Shown here one piece after another: positions 54,800 to 64,000 of a DNA stretch of 64,000 nt (position 1 is the first letter of the stretch; every line of letters starts with the position of its first letter). A program made the translations under genes and the position numbers. The stretch spans positions 30,442,001-30,506,000 of the forward strand of contig OZ024763.1 in assembly GCA_964016885.1 (NCBI GenBank). Reading direction: 5' to 3'. This DNA comes from Eledone cirrhosa. Its lineage: Eukaryota. The notes beneath the pieces were generated by a model, which did not search any database, was not told the origin of the DNA, and worked only from the letters and a program-made list of their open reading frames with translations.

Positions 54800-57700
54800 T
54801 GCATATATATGATTTGATGAGCAATGATTGAGGGAGGGAGGGTGGTGTTGGGTACACAGGGTTACAACTGAAGGGGAAAATGAGAGAGGGGTGGTAATAA
54901 TTTAGCTTATTATGAGTGTATATATGTGTATGTGTATGTGTATATATGTGTATGTGTGTATATGTGTGTATATATGTGTATGTGTGTGTGTATGAGTATA
55001 TATGTGTATGTGTGTATATGTGTATGTGTGTATGTATGTGTATATGTCTATGTGTGTATATGCGTGTATGTGTATATATATATATGTATATGAGCGAGGG
55101 GGGTATGAGCTAAAGGTCATTAAGGATCACCACCACCCCCCCTCTTTCAATTAGGGAGGGGGGATATGGATTTTATAGTCAAAGAACTGCAACAAAATAA
55201 TCTTTGTATTTCCATAACTAATGGTTTAACTTTCATTTCACCCCATTGTTTTCACAAGTGTGTGTATGTGTGTGTGTGTTTGGAAGGGCCTTTGTTCGCC
55301 CACCGCCTCCCCAAACACCAACACGACCAATCATCACTGCCCCCTATCTCTATATCATGCCAGCAACTTTTTCCAATCCAGCAAGGGTTGGACTAGATTT
55401 TTCTGAGGCAGAAATCTACAGTCAGCCGGATGTCTGCCCCCTTTTTCCTGTTCAGGGTTGTATTATTTATAATGCTGACTATAGTCTAAAAAGCCAAGCG
55501 AAGCCCTCTCATTAGTCTCTGTAAGGGTCTTGTCATTTTTTTTTTTTTTTTTGCTGCAGTAGAGTGAAAGATTAGCCGTATTATTCATCGTATATGTGTA
55601 TCATCATCATCATCATCATCATTTTACGTCCACTTTTCCCTGCTTGCAAGGGATGGGTCCTATTCAGCACAGCATCTCTCCACTTGTCACGGTCCTTTGT
55701 CATCTCCTCCATGAGCTTCAGCGATCTGAAGTCAGCTCTCACCACCTCCGCCCATGTTTTTCCTGGTCTTCCTCTACTGTGTTTTCCTTCTACTGGCATT
55801 TCTTGGCACTTCTTTACCCAGCGGTCATCCTCCATGCACATCTAATGTCCATACCAACACAGTCTTCTCTCCCGCACACTACAGTCTATCCCTCTTATAC
55901 CGAGGCTCTACCGATTCTGCCAATCCACTGCCATCAATAATAATAATAACTGTTTCTACTTTTGGCACAAGGCCAGCAATTCACCAGTGTATTACTGGTA
56001 CTTTATTTCATCGACCCCGTAAGGATGAAAGGCAAAGTTAACCTCAGCGGGATTTGAACTCAGAATGGAAAGGGCCGTAACTCTATGCGTCAAAGCATGG
56101 CGTCCGACCCTCTACCGATACTGCCAATCAATAATAATAATAACAATAATAATAATGATTTCTGATAAAGGCACAGGGCCAGCAATTTTGGGGAGGAAGG
56201 GGAAAGTCGATTAAATCAACCCCAGTACGTTACTGGTACTTTATTTTACCAACAAGTGATGATGATGGTGATAATGACAATGGTGGTGATGATGGTGATG
56301 ATAATGATGATGGTGTTGATGATGATGATGATGGTGGTGGTGATGATAATGATGGTGATGATGGTGATGGTGTTGATGATGATGATGATGATGGTGGTGG
56401 TGATGGTGGTGATAATGGTGATGGTGATGGTGATGGTGATGGTGATGATCAGAATGAGGAGCTAAAAATATCAATAATCATAATTGGCTGCGTTTCTTTC
56501 TTTCTTTCCTTCCTTCCTTCCTTCCTTCTTTCTCTCTTGCTCTATGTTACAGTCTTCTCCACCAATTCCTGGGGAGTGTTGTAGTCATCTCCACCAATTC
56601 CTGGGGAGTGATGCAATATAATGGTCTCTTTAAATAGGAGAGGTTCTTTATTAGATCTTTCTTTTTCTTTTTAATATGCTTTTTTTTTTAAATTTGTGAT
56701 GAAGCTTAATTGGATCAGAGGGCATTGAACTAAGTGTGTATAACAGGAACGGAGGGTGGAGGGTGGAGGGGAAGATGAGGAGGTAGAGGGGATGTGGGGG
56801 GAGGAGAGATGAGGGGTGGAGGGGAAGAGGAGTGGAGAGCAGGGCGGGGGGAGACAAAGAAATTGATTGTTAATTCATATCTAAACTATCTATTATATAT
56901 GTGAAAACTTACAGACGGCCCTTTACGTTCTGAGTTCAAATCCTGCCGAGGTTAGCTTTGCCTTTCATCTTCACGGTGGGAGGGGGGGGGGGGTCGATAA
57001 AATAAAGTACTGGGGTTAATATAATCAACTTTTCGCCCCCTACAAATTGTTGACCTTGTGCCTAAATCAGAAACAATTATTATTATTATTAAGGACAGTG
57101 GATTGGCAGTATCGGTAGAAGGTCGGACGCCATGCTTCGACGCATAGAGTTACGGCCCTTGCCATTCTGAGTTCAAATCCCGCTGAGGTTAACTTTGCAT
57201 TTCATCCTTACGGGGTCGATAAAATAAATTACCAGTAATGCACTGGGTAATTGCTGGCCTTGTGCCTAAAGTAGAAACAATTATTAAGGACAGTGGAATA
57301 TTAAGGGCAGTGGTTTGGCAGTATCGGTGGAGAGTCAGGTGCCATGCTTTCCAGTATAGAGTTACGTCCCTTTATGGTCTGAGTTCAAATCCCGCCCAGG
57401 TTAACTTTGCCTTTCATTCTTACGGGGTCGATAAAATAAAGTACCAGTAATGCACTGAGTAATTGCTGGCCTTGTGCCAAAACGTAGAAACAATTATTAT
57501 TAAGGGCAGAGGAGTGGAAGTGAGGGTAGAGTGTCAGCCATCATGAAGTTTACGTTCGTTAAGAATATGGGTGGCTGGAAGTCTCAGCCATTTACCCTAT
57601 AATCGCATGAGCGGGCAAAACCAGCCAGCAGGAGACCCCAGATGTGAACCCTGAACAGCAAGATGGCTGGGTAACATCAATGAGCTCAGCTGGTCTCACT

Positions 57701-57847
57701 TGGTAATCCAGCCAGATCTGTTTGCTTCTGACAGGACCTGCTGGAGGGCATGCTTCAGGGCCCTGCCCCCCCATGACACTCATTATCATCATCATTATCA
57801 TCGTTTTTACATCAGCTTTTCCACTTCCAAGCTTGCTTTGGTTGGAC

Positions 57848-57883
<36 letters not shown>

Positions 57884-57886
<3 letters not shown>

Positions 57887-58097
57887 GAAGGAGTTGTGGT
57901 AAGGAACCAGATGGACCATAACACACCAAAGTACTCAATACTTAGGGTAGTAGAGTGGGTAATAGGAACGAGTAGGACCCCGACGGCTGAGCTCAAGCCG
58001 TTTCGACAGCTAATTCTGGACTAAAAATGGATTTTTAGTCCAGAATTAGCCGTCGAAACGGCTTGAGCTCAGCCGTCGGGGTCCTACTCGTTCCTAT
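57884..58097 (-). mobile_element. Fold-back hammerhead-derived element, same family as 8186-8378
   Basis: Palindrome 57962-58097 with a 2-nt loop; GAAAcggc-ttgagctca-gccgTC; tail 57884-57961. Confidence 0.8.
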
Positions 58098-58105
58098 ATA
58101 TATAT

Positions 58106-58310
58106 ATAAATCAGGAAAGAAGAGTGACACGGTTTGCAAACCGTGTCACTCTTCTTTCCTGATTTATCATTACTCCAAGTGTTAACAACATAGAAATCAC
58201 CACCGTACAGTACACGCAGCATCACTATGGAAACGCCTTGTTGAGTCAAACTTAGCCAAGCGTTGATCCTCCACTACTCAGAGTACCCTAACTAGACTAC
58301 CTATAACAAT
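58106..58310 (+). mobile_element. Fold-back element: perfect 62-bp palindrome plus ACTC...GAGTAC tail
   Basis: 58106-58167 centred on ttg|caa; homologous to 18154-18184. Confidence 0.7.
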
Positions 58311-58323
58311 AATCTGTTATCTC

Positions 58324-58372
<49 letters not shown>

Positions 58373-59023
58373 GGTGTATAAAGAGAAAGGACATGAGCAA
58401 TAAAGATATTGACTGTATTTTGTCTGTTGTTGTTGTTGTTGTTTGTGGGGGGGAAGTGGTTGATATTGCTGTTGTTCATGTTGTTGTTGTTGTTGTTGCT
58501 ATTGTTGTAGTACCATAAATCAAAATAGACTAAAGAGGAGATACCATTATCTTCTCTCAGTTCCTAGACAACCATAAACTTCAATTGACTTTATTATATA
58601 CATACACACACATATATATGTATGTATATATATATATATATACATATGTTTGTATATATATCAGCTCTACAGAAGACACCAATATATATAGAGGAAAAAA
58701 TTGAGCAGTGCTATGAATGTGTGTGTATGTGTGTGTGTGTGTGAGTGTATGCATGCGTGTGAGGTAAAGACAATATATATATATATGTGTGTGTATGATA
58801 ATGATTAAGATATAATGTATGTGCATGAATATGTGTCTATATATGTGTGTGAGTGTATATATATATATATATACAGAATGATAGAGGGAGTGTATGTGAT
58901 AGAGAAAATAAGTGTGAGAGAGAGAGGGGGAGAGGAGAGAGAGGGGGAGAGGAGAGAGAGGGGGAGAGGAAGAAGAGTCCCTTTTATTTCAAAAGAAATG
59001 GTTTTAAAATTCTAGCAAGTCCC

Positions 59024-59063
<40 letters not shown>

Positions 59064-60726
59064 CAGGTAGACAGAGAGAGGGGGAGAGAGACAGACAGAC
59101 AGAGAGAGACAGAGATAGAGGGAGGGAGAGAGACAGGTAGACAAATAACTGAGAAAAAAAACATTTCAATAAAATAATTGAAAGTATTTTATTAACTATA
59201 GTGTATGTATGTGTGTGTAATAGACTAAGTATGTGTGTTTGTGTGTGTTGGTGTGTAATAGACTAAGTATGTGTGTTTGTGTGTGTTGGTGTGTATGTAT
59301 GTGTGATAGATTAAGTGTGTGTGTTGGTGTGTATGTATGTGTAATAGACTAAGTATGTGTGTTTGTGTGTGTTGGTGTGTAATAGATTAAGTATGTGTGT
59401 TTGTGTGTGTTGGTGTGTATGTATGTGTGATAGATTAAGTGTGTGTGTTGGTGTGTATGTATGTGTGATAGACTAAGTATGTGTGTCTGTGTGTGTCGGT
59501 GTGTATATGTGTGTGAGAGTGTTTGTCAGTGTGTCAGTCTATGTCAGTCTGTATGTGTGTCTCAGTATGTGTGTGTGTGTGTGAGTGTGTATATATATAT
59601 ATATGAGTGTCTGTCAGCCTATATATATGTGTTAGTGTGTGCGTGTGTGTGTTTGGATGTGTGTATATATATATGAGTGTCTATCAGCCTATATATGTCT
59701 TAGTGTGTGTGCGCGTGTGAGGGTGTGTGTGTATATATATATATGTATGAGTGTCTGTCAGCCTATATATGTGTGTTAGTGTGTGTGTGTGTGTGTCAGC
59801 CAATATATGTCTGTGTGTGTGTGTGTGTGTCTGTAGACGCGCCTTAGTGTGTGTGTATGTCTGTAGATGTGCCTTAGTGTGTGTGTGAGTGTAGATGTGT
59901 CTTAGTGTGTGTGTGTGAGAGTGTGTGTAGATGTGTGTGAGAGTGTGTGTAGATGTGTGTGTGAGAGTGTGTGTAGATGTGTGTGTGTGGGTGTGTGTAG
60001 ATGTGTGTGAGAGTGTGTGTAGATGTGTGTGAGAGTGTGTGTAGATGTGTGTGAGTGTGTGTAGATGTGTGTGAGAGTGTGTGTAGATGTGTGTGTAGAT
60101 GTGTGTGAGAGTGTGTGTAGATGTGTGTGAGAGTGTGTGTAGATGTGTGTGTGTGGGTGTGTGTAGATGTGTGTGTGTGGGTGTGTGTCCACATATAATG
60201 ACCTCTAATCATGAAACTGAATTAATTTTCAGTCTAAGAAGGAAAAAAAACACTCTGGTAGGTGGGGTGGGGTGGGTGGAAGGGGGTGGGGTGTAGTGGG
60301 GTGGGGGATTAGGTAGGGTGGGAGTAGAAGGGAGTTTGGTGGGTGAGATTGGGTGCAGTGAGGGATTTAGAGGGGGGTAGAAAGGAGTTTGGTGGATGTA
60401 AAGTGGTGGTAGATGAGGATAGTCTGGGAGCGGGGGGGGGGGGGGGGGGGTAAATTGAAACACCTCCTTGAGAAGTCTGAAGGACTATAAGACAGCAACA
60501 ATCACAACAACTACAACAACGATAATAAAAACTATTATTGTCTGCAAACCACAACCACAACAACAATAATAATAATAACCACTACAACTGACTGTATACA
60601 ACAACAACAACAACCACAAAAACCACAACAATAACAACTACCACTGACTGCAGACAACTACAACAACAATAACCACAAAAACCTCAACAACAAACTTGAG
60701 AGTTTTTGACTCGACATTTTAATTTG

Positions 60727-60776
<50 letters not shown>

Positions 60777-60779
<3 letters not shown>

Positions 60780-61155
60780 GGAGGTGAGTTTTATTGTAGT
60801 ACATACAATAAAGCAATGCAGATATCGGATAAGAAGCACTCTACAGTTTGTAGGACTGGAGTATGCATAATATAAGATCAAAAGATGGTTAAAGGAGTTC
60901 CATGTATTTTATTATGCGCATTTCAAAAACAAACATCATCATGCAATAATATTTGTGTTTTCATCAGATAAAACAGGAGAACATGATATGTTGATTTAAA
61001 ACTGCACTATCCACAAGTTTTTTTTGCCTTCATATCATGTTCTCCTGTTTTATCTGATGAAAACACAAATATTATTGCATGATGATGTTTGTTTTTGAAA
61101 TGCGCATAATAAAAAATACATTGAACTCCTTTAACCATCTTTTGATCTTATATTA
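60777..61155 (-). mobile_element. Fold-back hammerhead element (arms 60867-60990 / 61031-61155; HHRs 60907-60973(-) and 61048-61114(+))
   Basis: ttttat-CTGATGA-aaacacaaatattattgcatgatgatgtttgttttt-GAAA-tgcgca-TA-ataaaa; palindromic ATGCGCAT stem III; tail end also seen at 13731-13818 and 25453-25478. Confidence 0.9.
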
Positions 61156-61164
61156 TATATATAT

Positions 61165-61748
61165 AGACACACACCCAGACCACACTGTAAAGTGGTCATG
61201 TAAAAGACACAGCAAAAAGCACCCAGTCCACACTGTAAATGTGGTTGGCGCTAGGAAGGGCATCCAGCGATAGAAAACCAGCCCCAAAACACCCAGCCCA
61301 CACTAAAGTGAATGTGAAAAAGACACAGCAAAAAGCACCCAGTCCACACTGTAAATGTGGTTGGCGCTAGGAAGGGCATCCAGCGATAGAAAACCAGCCC
61401 CAAAACACCCAGCCCACACTAAAGTGAATGTGAAAAAGACACAGCAAAAAGCACCCAGTCCACACTGTAAATGTGGTTGGCGCTAGGAAGGGCATCCAGC
61501 GATAGAAAACCAGCCCCAAAACACCCAGCCCACACTAAAGTGAATGTGAAAAAACACAGCAAAAAGCACCCAGTCCACACTGTAAATGTGGTTGGCGCTA
61601 GGAAGGGCACCCAGTCGTAGAAAACCAGCCAGAATGTGTCCTATATGAGCGAGACACAGTCACCCAACCGAACTTGCCTCTAAATGGGACAAACCTGTCT
61701 AACACACGCTGGTGTAGAAGATAGACGTTAAACCATGATGATGATGAT
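61165..61748 (+). repeat. RTE/SINE 3' tail amplified as a ~116-bp tandem, about 4 copies
   Basis: cacagcaaaaagcacccagtcc at ~61208, 61324, 61440 and 61555, then the normal (GAT)n end. Confidence 0.88.
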
Positions 61749-61921
61749 GTGTGTGTGTGTGTGTGTGTGTGCGTGTGCGTGTGCGTGTGTGTGTGTGTGC
61801 GCGCGTGAGCGCGCGCGCGCGCGTGCGTGCGTGTGTAAAAAGTAAACAGAAATAACAACACAATCGGTACAGTATACGGAAGGAATATATTAGGTTAACG
61901 CTTGAAATAGCAGGAAGAGGG

Positions 61922-61957
61922 TCTTAACGTTTCGGACGCTAGTCCTTCGTCAGAAGA
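61922..61957 (-). ncRNA. Minimal hammerhead motif
   Basis: tctt-CTGACGA-aggac-tagc-gtcc-GAAA-cg-TT-aaga. Confidence 0.8.
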
Positions 61958-62274
61958 AAGAATGAGAAATAAGATAGATTGAGGGCGCAGGTGGGGTGGA
62001 ATTGGAAAAAAGGTCTTAAGATAAAAATAACAGGTCCATTCATGTTGACATCTCTTGGATAAATGTTTATATATATATCAGACATATATATATTATGTGT
62101 ATTTCTCTCCTTACAGCTTTATAAAGAGCTCAGAGTTTGTTCTTTGAGTTTATTTGATGGTAGAGGATTATCAAGAGTTTCTAACTCGACATTTTAATGT
62201 GTATATACATATATATATATATATATATGTTTATATATATATATATATATATGTTTATATATATATATATATAT

Positions 62275-62339
<65 letters not shown>

Positions 62340-62385
62340 TATATATATATATATATATATAAACATATATATAAACATATATATA

Positions 62386-62439
<54 letters not shown>

Positions 62440-62628
62440 TATATATATATATGTTTATATATATATATGTTTATATATATATATGTTTATATATATATAT
62501 ATATATATATATATGTTTATATATATATATATATATATGTTTATATATATATATATATATATGTTTATATATATATATATATATATGTTTATATATATAT
62601 ATATATATATATGTTTATATATATATAT

Positions 62629-62680
<52 letters not shown>

Positions 62681-63197
62681 ATTTAAGAAGTAAAAGGAAA
62701 AAAAAAGAAAGAAAGAGAGAAAGAATTAAAATCATATTAGAAATGGAAGAAGAAAAAGAGAATCTTAAAGAACACCATGCTGAAGAGTCAACATCCGTGG
62801 GGTGGTGTCGTGGGGTGGTGTCGTGGGGTGGTGTCGTGAGGTGGTGTCGTGGGGTGGTGTCGTGTGGTGGTGCGGTGTAGACGGGGTGGGGTGTTTAACA
62901 TAAGGAGTCCATATGTGAATGTAAAAACCCTGCTGAAAATTGCTACTTAGCAACAACAACAACAACAATAACAAATTTATCCAATCTGGGTGGCCAGTTG
63001 ATTAAAAGACATGTAGTAGAATTTGTCGTATCGGTGTGTGTGTGTGTGGGGGGGGGGGGGGGTTCAGGGATTTATTAATTTGTTGATTATTCAACAAAGT
63101 TAATTTATAACAGATTAGAAGCACTCAACAAGATTCTTCTGGAGTATAATATCAATAATATTAATAAATGGAAACTATCTTTATAAAACCATATTTA

Positions 63198-63254
63198 TTT
63201 TATTATATATATTTCAAGGGTACCAGTATTTTGGCACGCTATTGTCAGATAAAA
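63198..63254 (-). ncRNA. Decayed hammerhead motif (CTGACAA core) of the 16696-17070 family
   Basis: ttttat-CTGACAA-...-GAAA-tatata-TA-ataaaa followed by the ACTC...GAGTGC tail (63145-63121). Confidence 0.55.
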
Positions 63255-64000
63255 TACAATACTTGGTTTACAGATAATGACATATCTACATATGAACTTA
63301 ATGTTATGAGTTCTATGTAAATTGAATTTTTAATATTATTATAAATTTATTAATATTATTTATATGGAGGCACATTTATATAGAGGCACATGGCTTAGTG
63401 GTTAGAGCATTGGCCTTGCAATCGAAAGGTTGTGAGTCCAATTCTCAGACCGGGTGATGTGTTGTTTCCTTGAGCAAGACACTTTATTTCACATTGCTCC
63501 AGTTTACTCAGCTGTAGAAATGAGATGATAGGGACTGGGGTCCCTATCATTCCACTGCAAAGTGGTCGTGGAGGTGCCACGGCAAAAAAGCACCCGGCAC
63601 TCACTGTAAATGAGGTTGGTGTTAGGAAGGGCATCCAGCTGTAGAAATCAAGCCAGAATCAGTTCCCGTCCCACCCTTGCAAGCAGGGAAAAAGTGGACA
63701 TAAAATGAAATGATGATGAATGATGATATATTTTTTGGGGGGTGTGGTCTACTGTTGGTGGTAGTGTCCGTACCATAGATAGAACTCAATGTAATCTGAT
63801 GGCAAGTAATCCAGTGAAAACAATATCTCAATATGATCAACCCTCCGAAACGATAATAAAACAATGATATGAATAGGTAAAATAGCTCGACTTTGTTGTT
63901 ATTATTTTCATTGTTAAATTAATACCTTATATATATATATATATATAAATATATATATATATATGTATATATATATATGTATATATATATACCATTCGGT

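Overview
Repeat-dense, AT-rich eukaryotic DNA. The SINE, RTE and (TA)n content suggests a cephalopod such as Octopus (inference). I found no convincing host-gene exon, and most long ORFs in the track are microsatellite artefacts. Coding content is limited to two RTE-clade LINEs: an intact APE+RT ORF at 1245-4364(-) with seven near-identical ~510-bp units upstream, and a 5'-truncated but open copy at 26160-28612(-). Both carry a PHD-type C4HC3 finger inside the RT C-terminal region. Also present are many CORE-type and Nin/Deu-type tRNA-SINEs, RTE 3' fragments, a non-autonomous Helitron, several MITEs and minisatellites. The most striking signal is about 9-10 unrelated families of short non-coding elements, most sitting in (TA)n tracts. 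They carry minimal type-I hammerhead ribozyme motifs (CUGANGA...GAAA...UH, usually with a palindromic stem III) and often form fold-back palindromes. Many share an ACTC...GAGTRC 3' tail. The inverted or tail-less copies end 5-7 nt before that tail, and two elements are flanked by inverted duplications of the neighbouring DNA. This resembles Penelope-like (PLE) pseudo-LTR or retrozyme biology at very high density. All ribozyme calls are by-eye motif and pairing matches and are untested.
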